Assembly (NCBI GenBank): GCA_963514005.1
Contig: OY740783.1
Coordinates: 128,898,001-128,962,000 of the forward strand
DNA length: 64,000 nucleotides
Direction: 5' to 3'
DNA from: Raja brachyura
Lineage: Eukaryota
The notes beneath the pieces were generated by a model that was not told where the DNA came from, searched no databases, and saw only the letters and a list, made by a program, of their open reading frames with translations. The translations under genes were made by a program, and so were the position numbers. Position 1 is the first letter of the stretch. Each line of letters opens with the position of its first letter. This document shows, piece by piece, positions 25,261 through 37,215 of this stretch.

Positions 25261-25277
25261 TGGCGTCAGAAGCGGGA
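25261..25277 (+). promoter_or_regulatory. Primer binding site (tRNA-Leu-like)
   Basis: tggcgtcagaagcggga resembles the complement of the tRNA-Leu 3' end (tggtgtcagaagtggga) and directly follows the 5' LTR. Confidence 0.75.
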
Positions 25278-27312
25278 ACCACTCCTTCTGTATTACGGTT
25301 TTTTGTTTTACCCTTTTGTGAGTTTTTATTTTGCTGTCGAAAGCCGGACCCTCTCGTCTTTGATGCGGATATCAACGAACGCTGGGCCACGTTTGAAATT
25401 GATTACCGACACTACATGAACATTGCACACGGAAATGAACCTGATGCTGTCAAGGCCTCTCTCCTGCTCAACCTTACGGGCCCAGATGCCCTTCGGCGAT
25501 CCAGAACATTCCGTTATGCTCCGGCAGTCCTCGATGCCAACGACCAGGTAATAACCGCAGTTGAATCTCCTGACGACCCCAATGTTCTGATGCGTAAATT
25601 TAGCCAGATCTGTGACCTGCCCTCAAATCACATTTTTGACAGGGCTAGGATTTTCTCTCGCCGTCAAATCCCTGGCGAACGAGTAGACTCGTTTATCTCA
25701 GACTTAATGTATTTAGCCAGCGCAGCCGATTCCAAAATATGCCGGTCGATCAGCTGATTGATCAGTTAACAAGGGACATTTTAGTGAATGGCATTACTGA
25801 CCTAAAGCTCAGATCAGAGCTTCTGAGACGGCCAGATTTGACACTGGAGGTAGCAGCACACGCATGCAGGACAGTTCGCATGAAACCAAAACCATCAATC
25901 TGACGGCTTCACTAGGCCGCGAACCAACACAGATAACAGGCGATTTATGACCCAAGCCAGTCAGGCGGCTCTTGGTAATCCTCAGAAGAAATGTCCAAAT
26001 TGCAACTACTCACACAGCAGACAATCAGCTTGCCCCGCTTTTAGTAAATCATGCAATTACTGTAAAAAGTTAAATCACTTTGCCTCTGTATGTCGGGCAG
26101 CAAGTCGGGCCCGTGGGAAGAATTCGCCTAGCTCCAGGACTAATCTCAACTTCTTGCTACGAGACAGCAACAATCTCACTCCCCAATTCCAGCTCGAACC
26201 TGCCCACGAACAGACTCCAATTAACTCACAAGAGGACCCAACTGTTCACTCGTTACAGCTTGCTGCTGCTAAGAATTATGATCCGACCTTGACAGTAACT
26301 GTAAACAACGTTCATTTGGCCGCGAAATTAGACACGGGAGCGAAAGTAAATACTATGTCAATCAACCTCTTCAACAAGATAAGAACTAACGAGCCACTGA
26401 TCATGGACAAATCCACTCTACATGCGTTTGGAGGGGAGGTTCTGCGGCCTTTGGGCAAAACCAACTTGAAATGTGTGCTGAAAAAACCACGAGGAATTTG
26501 ACCTTCTATGTCTTGAACTTTAATTCAATTACTCTGCTTGGCAACCGGGCCTGTCAGGAACTGGGGCTGATCTCCTTTGACAAAACGGTCCACAAGCTGC
26601 AAATTTCCCTGGACCCGCTGATTGAATTCCTTGATCTTTTCGACAACAACCTGGGCAAGTTGCCTGTGACTTACAAGATTATTATTGACCCCGAAGTGAC
26701 ACCCGTCATCCGACCTCCACACCGATTGTCATTTGCCATGACTGACAGGGTTCACTCTGCGCTGAAGGACATGGCCTCCACAGGCATAATTGAAGCAGTC
26801 GGCGACCCCACCGACTGGGTCTCAACCATGATTGCCACAGTCAAGAAGGGAAAAAATGAAATCAGTTTGTGCATCAACTCGAAATAACTGAATACTGCCA
26901 TTAAGCGCCCACACCATCCCATGAAGACTGTCGAGAATGTTGCAGCAAAGGTCGGAACGGCCACCTTATTTTCTGTCCTCGATGCAAAGAACTCTTTCTG
27001 GCAGATACCGCTGGACAAGGTGTCATCAAACCTCACCACATTTGCCACCCCATTCGGCAGATACAAGTTTCTGAGAATGCCATTCGGAATCAACCCTGCC
27101 AGTGAAGTCTTCCAAAGAACTATGGAGCTATTATTCGAGGACCTACCTTCTGCCATCATTGTCGACGATATCCTAGTGTATGGCAAAGATGCAACGGAGC
27201 ACGACCACAATATCAGGCTCATCTTGGATCGCACACGCAAGATCAACCTCAAGCTTAATCCTGACAAATGCAAGTTCCGGGTTCCAGAGGTTCCCTACGT
27301 CGGCCACATCTT

Positions 27313-27620
27313 CATTTCGCTTGAGTAGCTTACATTTCAGTGGCATGAACATTGACTTCTCTAAAGTTAGATAGCCCTTGTTTCTCCCACCTGCCACTCC
27401 CCCTTCCCAGTTCACCCACAAGTCCTACTGTCTCCGCCTTCTTCCTCCATCCACCCCCCCCCCCCGAATCCCCTCCCCAACATCAGTCTGAAGAAGGGTC
27501 TTGACACAAAACTTCGCCTAATCCTTCTCTCCCTCGATGCTGTCTCACCCGCTGAGATTCTGCAGCATATTTTGTATACTTACGAATTTTCCAGCAGCTG
27601 CAGTTCTTTCTTAAACAGAT
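27313..27620 (+). mobile_element. Penelope 3' end/pLTR relic nested in the Gypsy RT
   Basis: atttcgcttg...atgaacattgacttctct (GIY-YIG C-terminus) then cagtctgaagaagggtcttgacac. Confidence 0.7.
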
Positions 27621-27654
27621 ATATCTTTCTGCACCAAGCTGCACCACCAAACGA

Positions 27655-29180
27655 AATGACGAGGTTCGAAGGTAATCTAACCGAGAATATAAAGCAGGAT
27701 AGTAAAAGCTTCCTTAGGTATGTGAAGAGGAAAAAATTAGTTAACACCAAAGTTGGACCCTTGAAGACTGAAAAGGGTGAAATTATAATGGGGAAGAAGT
27801 AAATGGCAGATGAGTGGAAAAGTACTTTGGATCTGTCTTCACTAAGGAGGACACAAACAATCTTCCTGATATAGTAGTGGCCAGAGGATCTGGGGTGTCA
27901 GAGGAACCGAAGGAAATCCACATTAGACAGGAAATGGTGTTGGATAGACTAATGGAACTGAAGGCTGATAAATCCCAAGGGCCTGATGGTCTGCATCCCA
28001 GGGTACTTAAGGAAGTGGCTCTAGAATTCGTGGATGCACTGGTGATTATATTCCAATGTTCAATAGACCCAGGATTACTTCCTGTGAATTGGAGGGTAGC
28101 TAATGTCATCACACTTTTTAAGAATGCGGGAGAGAGAAAACAGGGAATTATAGACCAGTTGGCCTGACATCGGTGGTGGCAAGATGCTGGAGTCAATTAT
28201 AAAAGATGAGATAGCCGCACATTTGAATAGCAGTAACAGGATCGGTCCGAGTCGGCATGGATTTACGAAGGGGAAATCATGCTTGACTCATGTTCTGGAA
28301 TTTTTTGAAGATGTAACTAACAAAATGAACAAGGGAGAGCCAGTGGATGTAGTGTACCTGGACTTTCAGGTCCCACATAGGAGATTAGTGTGCAAATTTA
28401 GGGCACATGGTATTCGGGGTACAGTGCTGACGTGGATAGAGAAGTGGTTGGCAGACAGGAAACAAAGAGTAGGGATTAACGGGTCCCTTTCAGAATGGCA
28501 GGCATTGACTAGTGTGGTACCGCAAGGCTCGGTGCTGGGGCCGCACCTATTTACAATATACATCAATGATTTGGATGAAGGGATTCAAAGTAGCATTAGC
28601 AAATTTGCAGATGACACAAAGCTGGGTGGCAGCGTGAACTGTGAGGAGGATGCTATGAGAATGCAGGGTGACTTGAACAGGTGAGGGAGTGGGCAGATGC
28701 ATGGCAGATTAAGTTTAATGTGGATAAATGTGAGGTTATCCACTTTGGTAGCAAAGACAGGAAGGCAGATTACTATCTAAATGGCGTCGTTGGGAAAAGG
28801 GGGAGTACATATAAGATTGTTAAATGCTTGGACACGCTAGACACAGGAAACATGTTCCCGATGTTGGGGGAGTCCAGAACCAGCGGCCACAATATAAGAT
28901 TTTGGAGTAAGACATTTAGAACCGAGACGGTGAAACACTTTTTCTCACAGAGAGTGGCGAGTCTGTGGAATTCTCTGCCTCAGAGGGCGGTGGAGGCAGG
29001 TTCTCTGGATGCTTTCAAGGGAGAGCTAGATAGTGCTCTTAAAAATAGCGGAGTCAGGGGATATGGGGAGAAGGCAGGAACGGGGCACTGATTAGGGATG
29101 ATCACAGCCATGATCACATTGAATGGCGGTGCTGGGTCGAAGGGCCAGATGGCCTATCCCTGTACCTATTGTCTATTGTC
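27655..29180 (+). mobile_element. CR1 LINE, 5'-truncated, nested in the Gypsy element
   Basis: KSQGPDGLHPRVLKE; VPQGSVLGP..FADDTKL; ends cctattgtctattgtc. Confidence 0.9.
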
Positions 29181-29908
29181 TCACCACACACTTATCCACA
29201 TTACCTGCGTCTGGGCAAAACGCCCAACTTCCCCGTCGTCTCTTGCAGCTGCAGCTCTCACACACTCATTCAATCACGAATCAGTGTGTGTGCGTTGTGT
29301 GTGGGTGTGGATGAGAGCGTTCGTGTCTGTGTGAGTGAGCGTGTGGTACGAGCACTCGCCCTCTGTGTAAAGGTACACTCACCCACTTAAAACACTAACT
29401 CTGCACGCGTATTTCCGATGCATGGCGTAATTGAACAGAAAGGCCTCCACACCACTTGGATCGTACACGTCCATAATGTTCGTTACACGCACAAACCCAA
29501 GTTCATTTTTCAACTCCTATCCATCTGTTGTGCAAGATTGACCTTTCCAAATTCTTGGTGACTTTGTCTGACCTGACATTCCATTCTGTGTTCCATTATT
29601 GCTAATCATTCCCAGCTTCTAACATCAGGCGCGGAGGTTCATAATTCATTTCTTTATCTAGACCTGCTTGTGAAATACCGGCCGTAGTTTCCCTTGTTGA
29701 AGTCCCCCATTGATCCGCGATCACAGGCTGTGGGCCGAGCATCACAAATGTGTCTAGAAATCAGTTTTCGTGACCCAGGTCACCGAACTACATGAACATT
29801 TCCACAGATTTAGATGAAATATAAGTGAGAAGGATGTCATAACTCGCAATTGCCCTAAGTTGCACATTAATTAATTAAACTAATTAGAAAATGAGATAGG
29901 GAAAGTAA

Positions 29909-29925
29909 GCGCCATCTAGTGGCCA
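29909..29925 (-). promoter_or_regulatory. CTCF consensus-like motif TGGCCACTAGATGGCGC
   Basis: Plus strand gcgccatctagtggcca; close to the canonical CTCF core. Motif match only. Confidence 0.4.
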
Positions 29926-29982
29926 ATGCCCATATTACACCATGGGCAGCCTGTTTCCGTGTTGCAGTCCATTTAAACTATA

Positions 29983-31658
29983 GTGTTAAAGAAGGAACTG
30001 CAGATGCTGGAGAATCCAGGGTTACACAAAAAGCTGGAGAAACTCAGCGGGTGCAGTAGCATCTAAGGAGCGAAGGAGATAGGCGACGTTTCGGGTCGAG
30101 ACCCTTCTTCAGACTGGTCAGGGATCAGGGAAATGAGAGATATAGACAGTGATGTGGAGAGATAAAGAACAATGAATGAAAGATATGCAAAAAAGTATCG
30201 ATGATAAAGGAAACAGGCCATTGTAAGCTTACTCTTGGTCCTTACCCTCAATAACTTCTCTTTTGACTCCTCCCATTTCCTCCAAACAAAAGGCGCGGCT
30301 ATGAGCACACGCATGGGCCCTAGCTACGCCTGCCTCTTTGTCGGGCACGTCGAACAATCTTTGTTCTCGGCGTACCAGGGCCCCACCCCCGACCTTTACC
30401 TCCGTTACATTGACGACTGCTTTGGTGTCACCTCCTGCACCCACACACAACTGACTGACTTCATCCATTTCACCACCAACTTCCATCCGGCACTCAAATA
30501 CACTTAGACCATTTCGGACATTTCCCTACCATTCCTTAGCCTCACCATCTCTCTGCTCCCAGGATGAGGTGTTCCACACCAGGTCATCACAAATGTCCTC
30601 GTTCTTCAGAGAATGGGGTTTCCCCTCCCCCACTATAGATGAGGCTCGCACCAGGGTCTCCTCCATACCCCGCAACACTGCCCTCTCTCCCCATTCCCCC
30701 ACTCAAAACAAGGGCCGAGTCCCCGTGGTCCTCACCTTTCACCCCACCAGCCGGCACAAACAACACATAGTCCTCCGCCAGTTTCGCCACCTCCAACGTG
30801 ACCCCTCCACTCGGCACATCTTCCCATCTCCCCCCCGTCTGCATTCCGCAAAGACCGCTCCCTCCGCAACTCCCTTATCAATTCTTCCCTTCGCTCCCGC
30901 TCCACCCCTTCCCCGGGCCCTTTCCCTTGCAACCGCAAGAGATGCTGCACTTGTCCCTTCACCTCCCCCATCCACTCCTTTCAGGGACCCAAGCAGTCCT
31001 TCCAAGTCCGACAGATGTTCACCTGCACCTCCTCTAACCTCATCTACTACATCCGTTGCTCCAGATGCCAGCTAATCTACATCGGTGAGACCAAGCGGAG
31101 GCTGGGCGATCGTTTCGCCGAACACCTCCGCTCGGTCCGCAATAACCAACCCGACCTCCCGGTGGCTCAGCACCAACTCCCCCTCCCATTCCGTATCCGA
31201 CCTCTCGGTCTTGGGCCTCCTCCACGGCCAAAGTGAGCAACACCGCAAGTTGAAGGAACAGCACCTCATATTCCGCTTGGGGAGTCTGCATCCTCTGGGC
31301 TTAAACATTGAATTTTCTCAATTCTGTTAACCCAGGCTGCCTCCTCCCCTTCCCACCTCTCCCTCAGCCCTCGGGCCCTGGCATTCCTTCTCTCTCTATC
31401 TCCCCCCCACCCAAGTCGCACTAGCTTCTCATTTTCACACTACAAACAGCTTACAATGGGCTGTTTCCCTTATCATCGATACTTTTTTGCATATCTTTCA
31501 TTCATTGTTCTTTATCTCTCCACATCACTGTCTACATCTCTCATTTCCCTGATCCCTGACCAGTCTTAAGAAGGGTCTCGACCCGAAACGTCGCCTATCT
31601 CCTTCGCTCCTTAGATGCTGCTACACCCGCTGAGTTTCTCCAGCTTTTTGTGTAACCC
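29983..31658 (+). mobile_element. Penelope-like element with inverted pseudo-LTRs and a 14-bp TSD
   Basis: RT QTKGAAMSTRMGPSYA/RYIDD; GIY-YIG-type NLIYYIRCSRCQLIYIGETKR; inverted repeats ~30019-30229 and 31448-31658; TSD ccatttaaactata at 29969-29982 and 31659-31672. Confidence 0.92.
30085..30116 (-). ncRNA. Minimal hammerhead ribozyme motif in the Penelope pLTR
   Basis: Minus strand cagt-CUGAAGA-a-gggtc.tc.gaccc-GAAA-c-GUC. The copy in the other pLTR (31561-31592) has a CUUAAGA core mutation. Confidence 0.65.
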
Positions 31659-34113
31659 CCATTTAAACTATATATTATTATACCTATATATATGTATATA
31701 ACTTGTAAATATGACTGTAATCATAAATGATTAAGTATAATTAGGTTATATAAAAATAATCTAATGAATATAATTGAGAGTGTCTTTTTAATTACACTGT
31801 CGCAAAGGTCCTGCTCCTAAACCAGCCTAAATAATGGGTGAGGGCAGTTCTTGTGGGTTCCTCCCTTTACTGAACCCCAGTGTGCAGAGTGGGGGGGTCA
31901 CGGCCATAGTGGGACTGTGGCAGTTCCAGGCTGGGGGGACAGTCCTCCAAGGCATCTTCCAGTCTCAAACCCGATCCGATGAAGGCTGCTGCCATCACAG
32001 AAATGCCTGCCCCCACAGACGTGAAAGGCCTGCAGCGTTTTCTGGGCATGGTAAACTATCTCGGCAAGTTCATACCGAACCTCAGCGAACTAAGCTCCAC
32101 ACTGCGGGAGCTGACAAAAAAGGACACAGCATGATCATGGTTCCAGCAACATCAGCTTGCTTTCCATATCTTAAAGTCCAAACTGACCAGTTCACCGGCT
32201 CTAATGTTTTTCGACCTGAAACGTCCGGTGACGATCACCAGCGATGCTTCGAAATTCGGGCTTGGTGCAGCCTGCTTGCAACCATCTGCCGAAGGCACTC
32301 TACTACCTGTCTCGTATGCTTCTCGCACCATGACTGACATGGAACAGCACTACGTGCAAATCGAAAAGGAACTGTTGGCCGTCGTTTTTGCTTGCTCCAA
32401 ATTCCACAACTTCATCTTTGGCAACATCTTCACGGTCGGGACGGACCACCAACCACTGGTGACAATCCTGAACAAGCCCATCCACGCCGCGCCAGCTCGT
32501 TTGCAGCGTATAATGATGCAGCTGCAGCGGTACGATTTCTCTACTACCTACACTAAGGGTAAGGACATGCACGTCGCTGACACTCTCTCCCGTGCACCTC
32601 GGGCATCTTGCGAACAACATCCCTATGAACAGGAAAATGTCATGGTTCTCGGTGTCGACTTCGTCTCCAGCAAGCAACTGCGCACCTTGCCCGCGCACAT
32701 CGCCACAGACGATACGCTTCAAATCCTCTCCTCCATCATCAAAACAGGCTGGCCAGACAGACAATCCAACACACCCACAGAGGTGCAGCCGTTCTTCCTG
32801 GTTTGTGATGAACTGGTAGTTCATGATGGGGTTGGCGTCAAGGGTCACAAGGTGGTGATGCCCTCATCGCTACAAGACGTATTCTTCAAAGAGGCACACA
32901 GCGGTCACCCAGGAGCCGACGCCACGCTGGCACGCGCCCGTAGCCTGTTCTACTGGCTGGGAATGGCCAGTTACATCCGGGACCGCGTAGCCTCCTGCCC
33001 CGCTTGCAACAGCCTTGCACATCATCAGCAGCGGCAGCCCCTTCTGCAACAACCTCCACCAGCTCTGGCGGCAGACATTTTCGAATGGTGCGGGAAGCAC
33101 TACCTTGTTCTAGTCGACTCCTTTTCTAACTGGTTTGAACTAGACCAACTGACCTCCCTCACATCGGAGATGGTCATCCAGAAGCTGAAAACGCACTTCT
33201 CTACCTTTGGCGCTCCCGTCAGCCTGAGAACCGACAATGGTCGGCAGTTCACCAGCCACATGTTCAAGCTTTTCACAGACCGATGGTACTTCCAGCACGT
33301 CACGAACAGTCCCGAGTATCCACAGAGTAATGGTCTCGCTGAACGCGCTGTCAGAAGCGCCAAACACTTGCTGGAGCACAGATTTCAAAGTCAGACGTTT
33401 ATCTCGATCTGCTGAATCTCAGAAATGTTGCCAGGGACGGAACCCTGGGATCGCCAGCACAGCGACTGATGTCGAGATTGACGAGGCCTCCGGTACCCAT
33501 CGCACGACAGCAACTGGTTCCTCAGGTGCTGAAGCCTGCGACTATACAGAAACGTCTACAAGAGAAGCACGATATTCAGAAGCGGTCATAGGACAGTTCC
33601 AGCAGACCACTCAGGCCTTTACTTCCGGGTCAGGTCGTCCGTCTACGAACTTCAACTGGACATTCCCGTCTGGGCACTGTTATCAACCCGACTGACGAGC
33701 CATGGTCTTACCTGGCAGACTGTGAGGGAGCGGTGTACCGGAGGTCGACAACACCTGCTTGCTGTGAGGGAGCCGCGACCACCGCCTGCTGGTCCCTATG
33801 CTCCATCGCTCCAGTTCCAGCCGCCTTTTGCAATGTCTCCCACCCGTCCCCGCATGCCTTGCACCCCTCCACGTCCCGCGGTCTCCACTAACCACGGGGC
33901 CTCTCCCACTGCATGTTTCCCCTTTCGGTCACCACAGGCCTCCATCACGTCATTCTCGCCACCAGGCTCTCCGTCTCATCTTTCAAGTGAGGGAGGGGAG
34001 GGTTTGGTCCACACGCGCTCGGGCCGTGTTAGTAGACCACCAGACAGATATGGCGAGTATGTTTAACCCCATGGCACGAGTGCCCCTTCACACTTAACCT
34101 TTGGAGGGAAGGA

Positions 34114-34322
34114 TGTAGATTGATGTTCCATGTTAACCAATCACACACCAGCCAGCATCTCTAACTCCACCCCAGTGTAACACTGATACTAATACTATTG
34201 CTCTGCACCAACAATTGGGGCAGCCAGGAGGTGTTGATCACTAACCATCCTTCATGCTGTTAAGTTCTAGTGCTGATTGAAGATGTGTTTGAATGGTATA
34301 CTGAGTCTGGAAGTCATTTACA
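34114..34322 (+). repeat. 3' LTR
   Basis: TG...CA ends, preceded by the PPT (34103-34113) and followed by the TSD. Confidence 0.92.
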
Positions 34323-34931
34323 GTTCCCATTGGTGGCCGGAGAAGAGATGACGATAGAGAATGGGGGTGATTGGCCGAGGAACCAAGTGTATTGCTGGGG
34401 GACATGAGTCCTCACAGGGAGTGATTCCACTGGTGGAGGAGACGGGTAAATTTAACCGACGTTATGGGAATGTAAAGAATTTGCTGGGCTCTGTGTTGAG
34501 ATTATGAAGAAGAAGTCCGACTGGCTGGATTGACGTTACATGGAGTCAGTATAGAACCGATAAGCCGAAACTCTGTATCTATTATGTGACAGTAAGGGAA
34601 TCCCAAGAATCCGTCTCCGTCTCCGGTCCTGCAAATTATCCAAACATTTCCCCTCCCCAGAAAGTAAATCAGCAACATTATAAAAAACCTATTGAACCGG
34701 GGAACAGACGCGAATCACACACCCATGAACAGTTGATTATATTCCAGCCTGTAACCCACTCCCCGTGTTGGTGTATCTGTCCCACAGACATCTGAAGACA
34801 TCGCTTGTCACAACACCCCGGGGACAGTGTGGATTTGGAACTCCACACCTGTACTCGTTGCAATATTAACCTCTCCCCTCCCTCCCCCCCCCCCCCACCG
34901 CCCCCCCCCCCCCCCCCCCCCTCTCTCTCTC

Positions 34932-35197
34932 TTTTTTTTCCTTTTTTTTGAAAAACTTTATTCGACACAATCATATAATAAACACATCAAAACATAATCA
35001 GAAATAACACCATATCAAAAAAAATCATTGCAGTACAACAGTACTTTCATTGTTTACAATACTCTCAACCCCACGCGGTGACCAGCGTTGACGGAAGGCC
35101 TCCAGAGTCCCCGTGGACACCACGTGTTCCCTCTCCAGGGACACATGTGCACGGACGTAGGCCCGAAAGAGGGGCAGGCAGCCGACTCTAGCCTGAC
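34932..35197 (-). mobile_element. Tx1-clade LINE 3' end inserted in a (CT)n microsatellite
   Basis: Minus strand reads GCLPLFRAYVRAHVSLEREHVVSTGTLEAFRQRWSP, followed by aataaa and an A-tract. (CT)n lies on both sides. Confidence 0.65.
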
Positions 35198-35221
35198 CTC
35201 TCTCTCTCTCTCTCTCTCTCT

Positions 35222-35638
35222 AGCTTCAGGTTCCTGGGAGTCAACCTCTCCGACGACCTCTCTTGGACCCACAATACCTCAACTCTGATCAAGAAGGCTC
35301 ACCAGCGTCTCTTCTTCCTCAGGAGACTGAAGAAGGTCCATCTGTCACCTCAGATCCTGGTGAACTTCTACCGCTGCACCATCGAGAGCATCCTTACCAA
35401 CTGCATCACAGTTTGGTATGGCAACTGCTCTGTCTCCGACCGGAAGGCATTGCAGAGGGTGGTGAAAATTGCCCAACGCATCACCGGTTCCTCGCTCCCC
35501 TCCATTGAGTCTGTCCAAAGCAAGCGTTGTCTGCGGAGGGCGCTCAGCATCGCCAAGGACCTCTCTCACCCCAACCATGGACTGTTTACCCTCCTACCAT
35601 CCGGGAGGCGCTACAGGTCTCTCCGTTGCCGAACCACC
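35222..35638 (+). mobile_element. Rex1/Babar fragment abutting the V-A splice acceptor
   Basis: NFYRCTIESILTNCITVWYGNC...LLPSGRRYRSL; absent at the paralogous site 59300-59338. Confidence 0.85.
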
Positions 35639-35640
35639 AG

Positions 35641-35999
35641 ACGTTTCGCACAATAACTGGACAGTATCCGGTGCGGATGAGGTGTCTGCCGTGTACATTC
35701 ACCTACCCACCCACTGATCGCATCGTCACCGGCTCCGTGCTGTGGTACATCAAGATGCCATCAAGGCCTCCCAGGCTTGGGATAAACTGCACACATGCCG
35801 GTCCCGGCCGCTCCCGATGCGACGAAGTGACACAGAAGGCCGGAGTAGGTCGGTTCAAGTTCGTTGGGTATCTCAGAGGGAGATGCCTCGATAATGGTGG
35901 AGCCACTGAGACGCGAGGACAGGGATAAGTACCGGTGCCGCCTGGAGCTCAGTTTTGGGAAATTTCAGTTTCTGATTCCAACGCAGCTGGCTGTGGAAG
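35641..35999 (+). pseudogene. Copy 2 V-set exon A (Siglec-15-like), two frameshifts
   Basis: 359 nt = 384 - 26 - 2 + 3 relative to copy 3. PCTFTYP, GSVLWY, NCT..RSRC, DKYRCRLE; donor g|gtgaga. Confidence 0.88.
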
Positions 36000-37215
36000 G
36001 TGAGAACAATGCTCAGAAACTGTCGCTGCCCCAGGACTCTCGGACCGCGGGTTCCCCCGGTACAACGCTGATCAATACATGTTGATGGTTCAATTCAATG
36101 ATTCAATTATACTGTATTCTCACACGTACCTATGTAGAGTGAAATACTTTCACTACAGTAAGGGAATCCCAAGAATCCGTCTCCGTCTCCGGTCCTGCAA
36201 ATTGTCCAAACATTCCCCCTCCCCAGAAAGTAAATCAGCAACATTATAAAAAAACTATTGAACCGGGGAACAGACGCGAATCACACACCCATGAACAGTT
36301 GATTATATCCCAGCCTGCAACCCAGAAAAATCATGTAGCAGACCTCATCTTGGCAATACACAACTGTGTCGCCATGTTTTGGCGCCGACAGTTGCTAAGA
36401 TTCACCGCAGTTCTCTCTACTGCCTGCCGCCGCTCGTGGTATCGGCCCACCTTCCTCTCTGCGGTTGCTCCCAGGTCCCTCTTCGTTCTTGCGGTGCGGG
36501 TCCTGTCGTTAGTTCCGCGGAAGGCGAGCCGGTCCTAAAGCAGGGCCAAGCCGGAGAACACTCGCAGCCGCGCTGCTGGGCGAGAACAATCGCCGCGTGG
36601 GGTTGGGTGGGGTGGAGGGGAGGGGAGGGAGGGGGGGGTGGTGGCTGAAGGGCGGGGGTTCCTGCTCTGATTCCTCTCCAGTTAATCCGTCTGGACAGTG
36701 CGCTCGTGGACTAGAGGAGTCGCCGGCCCTGGTCCACATTCAATTACAGGTGGATTGTGTAAGCCGAGAAATAGGAAGTTGGTGATCACCTTGTTGGAAT
36801 TATTCTCCAACTATCAATGGAAACCGAGGCGCCCAGTCGTAAAGGAGGTGTCGGTGCCCAATCCCCTGTGGGCGGTTCTCCCTCTCGGTGTGGAGTTCAC
36901 CGCTTCACACATTGAATATTCCCCGTGGAGAACAGTGTTGGGATCCGGGGAGGCGCGGGTTCGCTGTCGCTCACTCTCTCGCTCTCAGGGCAGCGCCGAG
37001 GGAGAGCCGCGCTGTCAGAGGCGCCGAGTGCCCCCTGATCTGGAGCCACCCTTGAATGTGTCCTGTCCCCTGCGCCCTCTGACCCACCTTCCCTGGGACC
37101 GGCACTGTCAGCTCCACATTGGGCACCGCCTCCACCCACTCCCACAGGGAGAGGTCGGTATAAGACGATTCACCCACAAAACGTTGAGACATTCCGGTGT
37201 CTATCCTTCCCTCAG

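Larger units (their letters stand above)
25051..34322 (+). mobile_element. Gypsy/Ty3 LTR retrotransposon (Mag-like), full length but decayed
   Basis: LTRs at 25051-25260 and 34114-34322; 5-bp TSD GTTCC (25046-25050, 34323-34327); PBS tggcgtcagaagcggga; PPT ggagggaagga. Gag CNYCKKLNHFASVC, protease LDTGA, RT LDAKNSFWQ/IVDD, RNase H DASKFGLGA, integrase HPG..C..C/TDNG/NGLAERAV, in Gypsy order. Confidence 0.95.
12464..36507 (+). repeat. Tandem segmental duplication unit 1 (~24 kb including the Gypsy element)
   Basis: Colinear homology: 12464<->36508, 13163<->37216, 14857<->40068, 21190<->52980, 24510<->58737, 35641<->59339. Confidence 0.9.
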
